A stretch of DNA of 64,000 bases from a virus (Duplodnaviria > Caudoviricetes), in IMG/VR virus record IMGVR_UViG_3300021560_000015, positions 1 through 64,000 of that record. One strand, written 5' to 3'. The notes under the pieces were generated by a model. It saw only the letters and a program-made list of their open reading frames with translations, was not told where the DNA came from and searched no databases. Each line of letters starts with the position of its first letter. The first letter of the stretch is position 1. This document shows positions 28,301-35,495 of the stretch, one piece after another. The position numbers and the translations under genes were made by a program.

Positions 28301-29074
28301 ACCATCCATCGGCATCGCGAGCGGATCTGGGAGCGCGGCCAGGAGCAGCAGTATCAGCAGGCCCACCGGCGCCAGACCCAGCAGTACACCGCCGGCATCC
28401 TCGGGCGGATCGGCTATGACGCCGGGCAGGATCTGGCCAACGTCTACTTCGGCCAGGCGACCAAGCGCGACAAGGACCGATACAAGCAGTTCCAGAAGAA
28501 CGTGGCCGACCTGCACGAGCTGCAGCAGGAGGCGCGGCAGCATCGGGCTCGGCACGCCACGCACAACCACCACGGTGGCACGCACCACCATCACCACCAT
28601 GGCGGCCAGCACCACCACCACGGCCCAGGATTCACGCTGGCCGAGCTGCATGCCATTTCGCGCCGGCGTGAGGAGGCTCGAGAGAGGGCGGGGGCAGCGG
28701 CGGCACGTACCGAGCTGGCCAAGATGCACCAGTACAACCTGGGCGCTTCACCCCAGTTGCGAGCAACCGAGATGCGTCATCTGCGAGAGAGAAGTATGCA
28801 TCTCGCGGTCGAGATGCATGCTCCCTACGTTCGACACCACGCGGCCCAGCAACATCACATGGAGACGCAGCTGCACCAGCTGATACTGCATCTGCACGCT
28901 GCCCAGCGTGGGCTGCCTGGCCAGCAGCATGGTCATGCCACCTACAACCAGGACTACCGCACCCAGTTCCAGATCCATCAGATGAACATCGCGGCCGCCG
29001 ATGCGGCCAAGATTCAACGGGAGCTGGACCAGCTGGCCAGGCTGAAGAAGCTGACCGCTCCGGCACACCACTGA
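22352..29074 (+). CDS. Tape measure protein with tail-lysozyme domain, degenerate M23-like domain and His-rich C-terminus
   Basis: 2240 aa Ala/Gly-rich helical protein after the chaperone; AGIMGNIAQESGFNP...GIGQW lysozyme motif; DQGVD...VRQGQRVRAGQVIG M23-like. Confidence 0.9.
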   Translation: MTTFADPMPTPYDGGGGDVSRSATVQLDANTSGYQQQMRAAQAATAQLTQGVTQLSFHVDNLFKAAGKGLKIISAGDVALMTSAVASAASFQQQMGTLSATAAVTGKSMSTFSSAVNNAFVKFPQSRGEIVQMVQSLAGLSVGSKYIGQITQEAIKLETALGEQGVGAALVQLDRTMGVTQARFGNMANSLLTLAKNAGVSGGGIAQQAQMIAPISRMAGMRPGQILGAATAMQRSGASAGTAASMWNSMLTDMMTMARTGDPNLTQYSSFMGMSQGQLTRMINRGQAGQAMGAIFRQLSRGGAPALNFVNQMGWGPRGISAAQALSNAQLQRMMTMGQGATANQANLNKGFQAATNNLVDSMSKLHNQVTMLVEQLGAPLLGPLTAFAKAMSSVVGVISKIAGAPVIHQMLTAAGVAAPLGLGAGALVLRHLPMIMGMATINLLRKTGLGVAFREGRAQAAGALAPGEALIGSQIAAAGGIGAAVRGGGINARAAGAYMMGQRFGGWFGAAPAAGAGGPGMIRRGLAYGLRGIGLGGAWAYNMQAQTLRDARLEGYARSAYAGTGLGTGQAAAEQASIRARIAAEKMTTDQLLANAGLLGVAKQSIRDLTRAGFRYASEAGKTGAALAGGALWGGVKGFGRGLRGMAGRALFGPSMPSFEAQRAAELKVQEADARLATAMEAQAAAVGKGTAAMTKANEAYVKAVLDVDAALVEQAAVARASAKRGLISGGPGGAGVLGGMLGIGRGRGYGMGVGMTAMLASTFLPGTLGRVAGGVGTGAMIGSMIPIPGATVAGMAIGGLTSWLTRPKAPPKPDPALEAAKRAVPSQAQAVQNAMAMTGSVKSPAVKAIIMGYARKEGMVADAKKAGVSEDDLYKALTGQRISTQQVPAPGIVPSGAAMPMGPGAGYGSATQVMGESMSPALALVQRWATQGGSDRHLQETRLLEGAVKRGARQWATAGAQPMTPLGSFLASSRAFQAVTTGKLTGAPGPQQAAIEQASAAALKFAGNTTQAVVQLEKLANASGGATAAIEQGSAQWARMFDDANMQYKSKAQQLAILAQRVTAERPMATGPHAKPEAQKLYTGDVQALLAGKSDYNQSLIQQYQAARDFGIQMTRMYQQYYTTRDRQQRDFHRSQARAEQDYNLSRAREIRDFNRQELYAAQDYNTQVFRTTQDFHTQMKREAEQAAQSIYNPFQEVQAQEVAGAGMTLYNLRDQNRRIFQQIAQLRQARKMGLSTQAIKELNLADPQNAQQLNAIVQQLGTPGMAWQINQAVAIRVKGTTRLTQNTLNTEFANTIQDFHRGLARMKADYDRTHQRALDQQHTALTDMAHDYHVNTRRMVADENTALQDMAFDFHRTVNQTVGDMTRQMTELYGSFAVNTTKAIQEINRTFGKYAPQLARTLTAQIAVAESAIQSAATTSYGQPGMPVGPGLGGQMGQVTAGSTGVGSTRAQRTVANALVGAGVSAAGVAGIMGNIAQESGFNPLAGRGTAHQGIGQWGGSRWAALQAFARSSGSSAYDLNTQIAFMIREARARGDLSAASQAGSAMAAAASWNQRFEGSGEKPGDPGYANRMRYAQAWARSARYQTVGGIGRSPVGRGLRRGRTDQGVDWSGSGPIYAVGNGRIALAIPNDPGWLGSYMVLKLDNPPSRDRQFVYYAEGIHQTVRQGQRVRAGQVIGHAYGGSSGIEIGWAAGASQTTQARAHNQQAPGSDPGARPSGYGRNFARWITGHQRGGISQHEHLARIAEHNMPEAVIPLDNRGHQFLRNMYAKIAEDLRRLAHHRPRGVTTADVGALRQREQQLGQALQHIHIHHHLTADQRWVAHVRQQERKALEPIRHREHILALRENTLEHKLANKHLSKIAREGLETREKGVERRLDALRARDDRVRQQFEHKIWWHHASAEQRYEYTVHEHMRQRLHPLQRQEESLDNRIRRVAHRLAHDRLTMHERHLLEKREKNLKKEEKNVEKRETHVRNEAAQTIHRHRERIWERGQEQQYQQAHRRQTQQYTAGILGRIGYDAGQDLANVYFGQATKRDKDRYKQFQKNVADLHELQQEARQHRARHATHNHHGGTHHHHHHGGQHHHHGPGFTLAELHAISRRREEARERAGAAAARTELAKMHQYNLGASPQLRATEMRHLRERSMHLAVEMHAPYVRHHAAQQHHMETQLHQLILHLHAAQRGLPGQQHGHATYNQDYRTQFQIHQMNIAAADAAKIQRELDQLARLKKLTAPAHH

Positions 29075-29163
29075 TGGACGGCCCCACCGTGGTCAGCATC
29101 GCGCTGGTCTGCCTGTTGATCGGGCTCGTTGTGCTGTTCGCCTGCGCTCCGCCGGCCAATTAG
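29074..29163 (+). CDS. 29-aa single-transmembrane peptide
   Basis: TGATG overlap with tape measure stop; MDGPTVVSIALVCLLIGLVVLFACAPPAN. Confidence 0.45.
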   Translation: MDGPTVVSIALVCLLIGLVVLFACAPPAN

Positions 29164-29170
29164 CCGGTTT

Positions 29171-29220
29171 CGGGCATAAAAAAAGGCCCGGACCAACCCC
29201 CCGGCCGCAGCCGGGGGGTT
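29171..29220. terminator. Terminator at convergence of late and early transcription
   Basis: 11-bp perfect stem AACCCCCCGGC/GCCGGGGGGTT plus A7 tract (U-tract on minus strand). Confidence 0.75.
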
Positions 29221-29223
29221 AGG

Positions 29224-29493
29224 TCAGTAGGGCTTGTCGAGATCGAGCAGCGCATCAAGTTCGACGTACTGCGGATCGGGACGGGCGAACACGTCATTCC
29301 AGGTAAGCGGTGCTCGCTCGACACGAACGCGCTTACGCCGGCGTGCTCGCCAGGCTTTCCAGTTCTGCCAATCGACAACCAGTCCGTGCACGAGCCCGGA
29401 CACTGCGCCCATCGCGAGCAGCAGCGGTATTCCGAACACGATCAGGAACGGCAGTGCCAACCCGATGATGAACAGCAGGATGACAATGAGCAC
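29224..29493 (-). CDS. Small membrane protein
   Basis: Long N-terminal hydrophobic stretch followed by a basic segment. Confidence 0.65.
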   Translation of the reverse strand: MLIVILLFIIGLALPFLIVFGIPLLLAMGAVSGLVHGLVVDWQNWKAWRARRRKRVRVERAPLTWNDVFARPDPQYVELDALLDLDKPY

Positions 29494-29654
29494 TACTCCT
29501 CCTCGTCGAATAGTGGCTTCTTGTCGAACAGGCCTTTCGGGCTGCGGGGCGGATCGAACAGCCCCAACGGCTGCCTTGGCGCGTCGAACAGCGGCTCACG
29601 CTTGGTGGGCGCGGGCTCGGTTGCTGCCGGCGCCTTGGTGTCGGTGTCGGGCAT
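29493..29654 (-). CDS. 53-aa protein with four LFD repeats (not in ORF track)
   Basis: RBS GAGAGGAGGAG; MPDTDTKAPAATEPAPTKREPLFDAPRQPLGLFDPPRSPKGLFDKKPLFDEEE; stop overlaps next start. Confidence 0.65.
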   Translation of the reverse strand: MPDTDTKAPAATEPAPTKREPLFDAPRQPLGLFDPPRSPKGLFDKKPLFDEEE

Positions 29655-29795
29655 GACTCCTCCTCTCATAGAGAAAGCGGCTGACGTTATGTCAGCCGCG
29701 ATTGTTGGCGGGGGTGTACTGGGATACCCGCCCGGACCCCCAAACTGCCCAGGCGGGGCAGCTGGGGGGCGGGAGGGCCCATCTGTGTGTCTGTC

Positions 29796-30638
29796 TTACG
29801 GTTGGTTCGGCCGAATCTTCTTCGGCTTCTTCGGGTACTGGATCAGCTTGCTGGGCGTACGCAGGCCATGGTTGTACTCATCGACGATCATGAAGGTCCA
29901 CTCATCGGAGCGCGACTCAGAACCGCCACCACCACGGCTGCGGGCGATGGCCCTGCTGTCCCACAGAGTCACCGGTGACTTGGTCAGGGTCCGCGCCAGC
30001 CGCTTGAAGTCGATGTTCACGCGGTTGGCATGGATGACCTTGCCGATCGCCTGGAGGGCGTTGGCCGACCAGGTGTCCGCCTGTCGGCCCCATGCGGTCT
30101 CAGCGACACCGAGCGTCTCGCGGAGCAGCTCGTGGTTGGCCGAGTCCAGATCCACGATGCGCCGCGCAGCGGTCACTGCGCCGATGATGTTCGCACTTGC
30201 CGTCTTGCCGTAGTCGAGCCCGCATGCCTGCGCCTGCTGGAACATCCGACGCTCGGTACGCATGCCGGCGGTCAAGCCGACGCGGTACTGGTCGTACGGA
30301 TACGGGGCCTTGCGGTTGCGGTTGAGCGCCAGGAACATCTTGGCCTCTTCGCGCAGAGTCAGACCCTCATACACGGTGCAGGCGACGGTGGTGACACCGA
30401 GGCGGTTGAGGACCTCGATGCGGTGCTGGCCATCAATGACCCATAGCGAGCCATCCTTGCGGCGAGAGACGACCGGGATACCGAGATAATCCGGATCCCA
30501 CATGGCCAGGAGCGCGATGACCCAGGTCTCCACGAGCCAGCGCTGCCGGTTCGCGTCGACGTACAGGTCTGCCACGCTCAGGGTCTCGAAAGAGATCTTG
30601 CGTGGCTTGGTGCTGGGCACCGTTTTGAGCACAGCCAT
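29796..30638 (-). CDS. ParB/Srx-like DGQHR (DUF6551-like) protein
   Basis: YVD...QR...WDP..LG.PVVS...WVIDGQHR. Confidence 0.7.
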   Translation of the reverse strand: MAVLKTVPSTKPRKISFETLSVADLYVDANRQRWLVETWVIALLAMWDPDYLGIPVVSRRKDGSLWVIDGQHRIEVLNRLGVTTVACTVYEGLTLREEAKMFLALNRNRKAPYPYDQYRVGLTAGMRTERRMFQQAQACGLDYGKTASANIIGAVTAARRIVDLDSANHELLRETLGVAETAWGRQADTWSANALQAIGKVIHANRVNIDFKRLARTLTKSPVTLWDSRAIARSRGGGGSESRSDEWTFMIVDEYNHGLRTPSKLIQYPKKPKKIRPNQP

Positions 30639-30699
30639 AGGGGCTGCACCTCCTAGAGGTGAGGAAAGCCCCGGCCGATTGACCGGGGCCCTAACGCAT

Positions 30700-30810
30700 T
30701 CAGAAGGTGCTGCTGTAGCGCGCCATCCGGTAGCGCCTGATCGTCAGGGACAGCCTGGCGAACAGGAACTCGGCGGCGAACAGCAGCACCCCGAGCAACA
30801 GTCGGAGCAT
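30700..30810 (-). CDS. 36-aa hydrophobic peptide
   Basis: RBS AAGGAGG; MLRLLLGVLLFAAEFLFARLSLTIRRYRMARYSSTF. Confidence 0.5.
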   Translation of the reverse strand: MLRLLLGVLLFAAEFLFARLSLTIRRYRMARYSSTF

Positions 30811-30836
30811 GGAACCTCCTTGGTAGGTGGGTGTGG

Positions 30837-30992
30837 TTACCTCTTTGGGTCGTACTGCGTGTCCTTCGTACTCCGTGTGGGGAGCGCCGTCCAGTCATGA
30901 CAGAACGAGCAGTAGCCCTCCTCGAGATCCCTCGGGTGCCAACTGACCTTCCCGCAGCGCGGGCAGGTGAAGTGCGGCATCCGGTCGGCCAT
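30837..30992 (-). CDS. 51-aa zinc-finger protein
   Basis: TCPRCGKVSWHPRDLEEGYCSFCHDW; RBS GGAGG. Confidence 0.65.
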   Translation of the reverse strand: MADRMPHFTCPRCGKVSWHPRDLEEGYCSFCHDWTALPTRSTKDTQYDPKR

Positions 30993-31158
30993 TCAGTCCT
31001 CCAATGTGTAGACGAGACTGGTCTGGGGAGGGAGCATCCCCACCCCGATGGACGAGATGCGTGACGGGTCGATGCGGTACTCCGGCACCAGGTACCAGCG
31101 GTGCAGGCCGTAGGCGTCCTTCCCGTCATAGAGCACATCGCAGCTGATCCTCTTGCCG

Positions 31159-31731
31159 TCAATCAGAACCAGGTGTACCCCGGTCGGCGGTTGTGGCGTC
31201 TCTTTCGTGCGCTTGCGCCGGAAGATCTCCGTTCCCTCCCTCGAGCAACATCACCGATGCGATCGCTGCGGCATCCCAGATGCACCCGGACGCGCAGTCC
31301 CAGCCGTAGTACCAGTGGTATTCGGAGAGCCGGTAGTCCCACAGATACGGGCTGATGATGATGCCCTGGTAGGCCTGTGCGACCGCTCGCCAGTCCGGCT
31401 GTCCCTTCTCGAACAGGAAGCCACTCGAGTAGCGGTACATCGGATTCGGGATCCGGAACCGCTCATGGAACTCCTCGAACTCCCATGGCTTGCTGACATG
31501 CAGGACATTCGCATCGCCGGCCAGCGTGACCAGCCATGCGTGTCCGAGTCGATCGACCGCGAACTCCTCGGCCGAGCACCAGTCGAGCCAGCTGTAGTCG
31601 CTGTCCTCGTCAGACACCCAGAAACCTCGAGGCTTGTAGAGGTGGATCAGCGAGGTGGGCTCGCCGTCGATCTGTAGCCGAGACTCGACTACCAGCGGGT
31701 CCTCCTCCTTGCGGTAGTGGATCAGGCGCAT
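31159..31731 (-). CDS. Trp-rich hypothetical protein
   Basis: RBS, coding bias; KPRGFWVS, WYYGWDCASGCIWD. Confidence 0.65.
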   Translation of the reverse strand: MRLIHYRKEEDPLVVESRLQIDGEPTSLIHLYKPRGFWVSDEDSDYSWLDWCSAEEFAVDRLGHAWLVTLAGDANVLHVSKPWEFEEFHERFRIPNPMYRYSSGFLFEKGQPDWRAVAQAYQGIIISPYLWDYRLSEYHWYYGWDCASGCIWDAAAIASVMLLEGGNGDLPAQAHERDATTADRGTPGSD

Positions 31732-31755
31732 TCCATCCCTTCCTGGTGGGTGTGG

Positions 31756-32442
31756 TTAGGCAGCCCGCAATTCTCTCGCACGCTGCGGAGCGGGTATTTC
31801 GATGTCGTGCCGGTATCTGCTCATGTTTGCCACGGCGAGGAAGCCCTCCTCGTCGTCCTGCAGCGCGAGCATCTGCGCGATGTAGGAGTCGGTGGTGGGC
31901 TCCTTGCCGTACAGGTGGGCACAGAACGAAGCCACTGCGTTCTCGCCCTCGAGCCCGTCCATCAACATGACGTTGCCGGACTTGCTACCCCGGCATTTGA
32001 TCCGATACCGCCGGCCAGAAGGAACCAGCACATCGAAGTGCTTGTGTTCGGCCAGGTCAACCAGCTGCTGCGGGGAGAGCAGACTCTCCAGCAGCACCCG
32101 AGCGGTCACGTTGGCCTGCCGCTCCACCTCTTGGCGCTGCTGCAGCGCGGCCCGGTACTGCTGCTCACGTGCCTCACTCTCGGCACGTTCTTCTGCTGTC
32201 GGCACCCGGTACACCGCACCGCCACCGCCGGCGCCGATCGACACATACGGCGTGTTCCAGTACTCCCAGACGATGTTCGTGCTGACCGTCGTGGTGGTGG
32301 TGTTCCACCACTGCCAGGCACTGTCCGGGTATGGGACCCAACCGCCGGTAGAGGTCAGGGTGCCGCCGGTGCCACTGGCGGTGGTGTAACCACTGCTGCC
32401 ACCACCGCCAGCACCCCAGACCTGGACCGGCACGTCAGCCAC
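31756..32442 (-). CDS. Hypothetical protein with Cys-His motif, partner of ubiquitin-like protein
   Basis: GTG overlaps upstream stop; RYRI...GNV...FCAH...P..D..IAQMLAL..DE..FL..AN. Confidence 0.65.
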   Translation of the reverse strand: MADVPVQVWGAGGGGSSGYTTASGTGGTLTSTGGWVPYPDSAWQWWNTTTTTVSTNIVWEYWNTPYVSIGAGGGGAVYRVPTAEERAESEAREQQYRAALQQRQEVERQANVTARVLLESLLSPQQLVDLAEHKHFDVLVPSGRRYRIKCRGSKSGNVMLMDGLEGENAVASFCAHLYGKEPTTDSYIAQMLALQDDEEGFLAVANMSRYRHDIEIPAPQRARELRAA

Positions 32443-32668
32443 CCTGCATCGGCTTGACCAGGATGATGCGCTCGGCGCTCGCGTCGAACTCCCGGACCTG
32501 GGAGCCACGCTCGCCCTTGGCGCCCTGCGCGGCGTAGGCCAGCATGCCCTTCTTGCGGGCCGCAGTGAAGGCGGCCTTGGCGACCGCCACCTCCTCCGGG
32601 TTCTCGCTGTCCCACACGATCTTGGTGTCGCCCTCGTGGTTCAACTCGTGCATCACTCCGGTGGTCAT
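32435..32668 (-). CDS. Small protein ending in Gly-Gly, candidate beta-grasp ubiquitin-like protein
   Basis: 77 aa; apparent beta-beta-alpha-beta-beta-beta pattern; ends RIILVKPMQGG. Confidence 0.65.
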   Translation of the reverse strand: MTTGVMHELNHEGDTKIVWDSENPEEVAVAKAAFTAARKKGMLAYAAQGAKGERGSQVREFDASAERIILVKPMQGG

Positions 32669-32702
32669 TACGACCCCCTTTCTGTGGGGTGGGTTGTTGG
32701 GG

Positions 32703-33086
32703 TTAGTCCTCTTCCTGCTCGGCCTTCAGCCATGCCTCCAGCCGGATCCGCTCCACGGAGCTGAGCGGCGGCCGGTCCATCAGAATCTCGCGGATGGACG
32801 GCTCATGCTTGCGCCGCGCCCTCGCATCCTCGTTCAGCAGCATCTGCGCCAGCGCCTCGAAGCGCCCGGTGATGACGTCCTCTGACTTCTCGATCATGCG
32901 GGCCACATCGGCGGCATATTTGTTCAGCCCAGCGTTGACCGCCTCGTCGATGCGGCGCTGGACTGATGGGCTCAGCGAATTGATCAGCGCGATCAGCTCG
33001 TTGCGCAGCTGCTTGGCTTCCTGGATCGTCTCGTGCAGCTCGCGAGTCACGGTGCGGAGGACCGTGATCTCGTCCTGCACCTTCAT
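32703..33086 (-). CDS. Coiled-coil hypothetical protein
   Basis: Heptad-like pattern; coupled to upstream gene. Confidence 0.6.
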   Translation of the reverse strand: MKVQDEITVLRTVTRELHETIQEAKQLRNELIALINSLSPSVQRRIDEAVNAGLNKYAADVARMIEKSEDVITGRFEALAQMLLNEDARARRKHEPSIREILMDRPPLSSVERIRLEAWLKAEQEED

Positions 33087-33697
33087 GCGTTCGGCCCCGA
33101 ACGGAGGCGGTGCACCACCGCCATCCGGGGCCGTTCCTCCTCCTCCCGCTGCTCACGCAGACGGGCAGCCTGGTCGCTCAGTACCCGCTTGAGTCGGTGC
33201 GCCTCGGTGATCGCGGACTGGAACAGTTCTTTGGCTTCCTCGATCCACAGCTCATCGCCGGCCGCCTCCGCGTCCGCGGCATCCCAGGCCAGTCGATTGA
33301 CATGGCGCTGGGTGCGTGCCTCGCGCAGGAAGCTGCGCCACAGTTCCATCGTCACGCTGTTCTGGTACGCCGGCTTGGTCGGGGGCCGTGGCTGCGGCTC
33401 CGGCTCCAGCCAGTCGACGGGTAGCGGATCAGGGATCCGCGTCACGTACCGGCGAGACGTATCCGCATTGCGGGCCCGCAGATCGTTGCCGACCGTATCG
33501 AGCCCGACATCCAGCGCATGGCAGATCTGGATGCGGGTGGCACCCTGTCGCCAGAGCTTCATCACCGCATCGCGCCGTGCATTCTTCTCGTCCTGGGTGA
33601 TGCGGCGAGCCGGCTGTGGCCGGCCATTCGCATCTCTGTGCATCGGGATCCGATGACCATAGGTATCGGAGTGGTACTCGACCGTTTTCTTACTCAC
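33083..33697 (-). CDS. HTH-containing hypothetical protein
   Basis: LWRQGATRIQICHALDVGLDTVGNDL helix-turn-helix pattern. Confidence 0.6.
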   Translation of the reverse strand: MSKKTVEYHSDTYGHRIPMHRDANGRPQPARRITQDEKNARRDAVMKLWRQGATRIQICHALDVGLDTVGNDLRARNADTSRRYVTRIPDPLPVDWLEPEPQPRPPTKPAYQNSVTMELWRSFLREARTQRHVNRLAWDAADAEAAGDELWIEEAKELFQSAITEAHRLKRVLSDQAARLREQREEEERPRMAVVHRLRSGPNA

Positions 33698-34569
33698 TTC
33701 AATCGCCCCGTGCGCTTGCCGCGGTTGTACTCAGCTACGAACCGATCGAACAGCGTCTTGTGCGGTGGCTGCTTGTCATCGCCTTTGCCGATGGAGCGCC
33801 ACTGCATAGCCGGCTTCATCTTCATCCTGGTGGCCAGGTGGTCGCTGTCCACCTCATCCCACCATTTGCGGTGCATGTCTGCGACAGCGAGCAGGATGTT
33901 GAAGTCCCACCGGCTGGTGGCCGAGTCGTGGTCGTAGGTCGGCCACGCCTCCATGACCGTCAGGAGGGTGCGCGCCAGCAGCTCGGCGCCATCCTCCGGG
34001 GTGTACTGGTGGCCATGCACGATCGTCTTGATGGTGGCCACGCAGGAGATAGTCATGTTGGAGGGCTTGTGCCCGAGCCGCAGACCCATCTCCTCGAGCA
34101 CCTTGGTGGCCTGCACCTCATGCGGGTGCTCGGAGTGCAGGGCGCTCATCCACTTCTCGTATGCACTGTGGGTGGCTCGGCCGCGCACAATGTCCAATGC
34201 CAGCTGTGCCTGCTTCGGGGTGGTCAGCGACTCCGGTAGCACCATGCACCAGATCAGCATGTCCGGGTCGAGATCGCGCACCGCCTTGACTCGGTGCTGC
34301 CCCTCGACCACGACGTAGCCGGCCTCGGTGAAGACCACAGTCGGGGTCTCGAACATGGCCCAGTCGAACTCGTTGACGATGTTCCGGACGCGGTCCTCGG
34401 TCAACTCCCGCTGTGCACGAGCGTCGATGATCAGGTCTCGTGCGGCGATCTGCTCGGGGACCCGTGGGTCCGGGGATAGTGGTTGGTTCTTACCGCGGGC
34501 TGCCGTCATGGCAGCACCTCTTTTCCTTCGCTTCGGCGCAACCTTTGCGCCGCTGGTGGGTGTGGACAT
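33694..34569 (-). CDS. ParB/Srx-like EGQHR protein (paralog of 29796-30638)
   Basis: LIIDARAQR...FDW...P.V...VVEGQHR; start reassigned to ATG 34569 after RBS AAAGGAAG. Confidence 0.7.
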   Translation of the reverse strand: MSTPTSGAKVAPKRRKRGAAMTAARGKNQPLSPDPRVPEQIAARDLIIDARAQRELTEDRVRNIVNEFDWAMFETPTVVFTEAGYVVVEGQHRVKAVRDLDPDMLIWCMVLPESLTTPKQAQLALDIVRGRATHSAYEKWMSALHSEHPHEVQATKVLEEMGLRLGHKPSNMTISCVATIKTIVHGHQYTPEDGAELLARTLLTVMEAWPTYDHDSATSRWDFNILLAVADMHRKWWDEVDSDHLATRMKMKPAMQWRSIGKGDDKQPPHKTLFDRFVAEYNRGKRTGRLK

Positions 34570-34594
34570 AGCCACTTCCTTTCTGTTGGGGTTT

Positions 34595-34771
34595 CTAGAA
34601 GACAGCACCCTGCTGCTTCTCCCAGCGAGCGCACTCCCGGCACACGTCCCATACGTGGCCGGGGGTGTCGCTCACGGGTTCCATCGAGATCCGCAGCATT
34701 GCTCTGCAGCAGATCTGGCAGATGATGAGGCCGGTCCTGCGCCTCATCTCGATGGAGATCTGCGGGTCCAT
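34595..34771 (-). CDS. Small CxxC/CxxC zinc-binding protein
   Basis: CQIC...CREC; start overlaps upstream stop. Confidence 0.5.
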   Translation of the reverse strand: MDPQISIEMRRRTGLIICQICCRAMLRISMEPVSDTPGHVWDVCRECARWEKQQGAVF

Positions 34772-35133
34772 TACTCGGCCAGATAGACCTGGGTGGTGCC
34801 GGCGAATGCCTCTTGCCATTCCCACTTGTCCAGCACGTAGCGCCGGAAGTCCCTGCTGGATAGTTCGATCTCATCCTGGGTGTGCCACTGCAGTTCTGCG
34901 ATGGCCTGCTCGTACTCTTCGGCATACGAGCGCGGCACCGGCATCCGGGCAAGCACAGCCAGGTCGATCGGGTTGCCTCGGCGGGCGTCCATCAGCCGCC
35001 GCTCCAACTCCAGACTGACCTTCTTCCGGTACGCCTCCTGGGCCAGATCCACCCTGGTCTGGTGGGTCTTCAGGTTGGTGCGTAGCTTGTCGATCAGTTC
35101 GTTCTTGTTGACGGTGATCGGGTTGTCCATCAC
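34771..35133 (-). CDS. Hypothetical protein
   Basis: Coupled ORF, coding bias. Confidence 0.65.
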   Translation of the reverse strand: MMDNPITVNKNELIDKLRTNLKTHQTRVDLAQEAYRKKVSLELERRLMDARRGNPIDLAVLARMPVPRSYAEEYEQAIAELQWHTQDEIELSSRDFRRYVLDKWEWQEAFAGTTQVYLAE

Positions 35134-35495
35134 GTGACCTCGAGCGTGTCGGCTGCCTGACCCAGCTGCTTGGCGATGTCCTCCACCGTGGTGGTGGGCT
35201 TGTCGCTCCAGCTGGTGACGGTGTGACCGCCGAGCTGGGCCTCGAGCTGCTTGCTGATGATCCGCTCGGCATAGCCGGCGTTGGTCCGGGAGCCGATGCT
35301 CAGGGCCGGCGCGCTCAGCATTCCTGTCTCGTCCAGCTGGTAGCCCAGTCCTTGCTCAGCCAGTGCCACTCGGATCGCACCGAGCGTGCAGACCCGACCG
35401 CTAGCGTCCTGGAAGGACCCGGTGGCCTTGCCCTTACTCTGGACGATCTCAGCCGCTCGCCGGGCAATAGCAGCGATCCTCTTCATGCCGATCAT
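35130..35495 (-). CDS. DUF6197-like protein, paralog A
   Basis: AAEIV..KG......GRVCTLGAI. Confidence 0.6.
   Translation of the reverse strand: MIGMKRIAAIARRAAEIVQSKGKATGSFQDASGRVCTLGAIRVALAEQGLGYQLDETGMLSAPALSIGSRTNAGYAERIISKQLEAQLGGHTVTSWSDKPTTTVEDIAKQLGQAADTLEVT

Noticed and set aside
30653-31162. 169-aa minus-strand ORF
   Set aside because: Poor coding pattern; the region is better explained by smaller ORFs in other frames (30700-30810, 30837-30992, 30993-31250).
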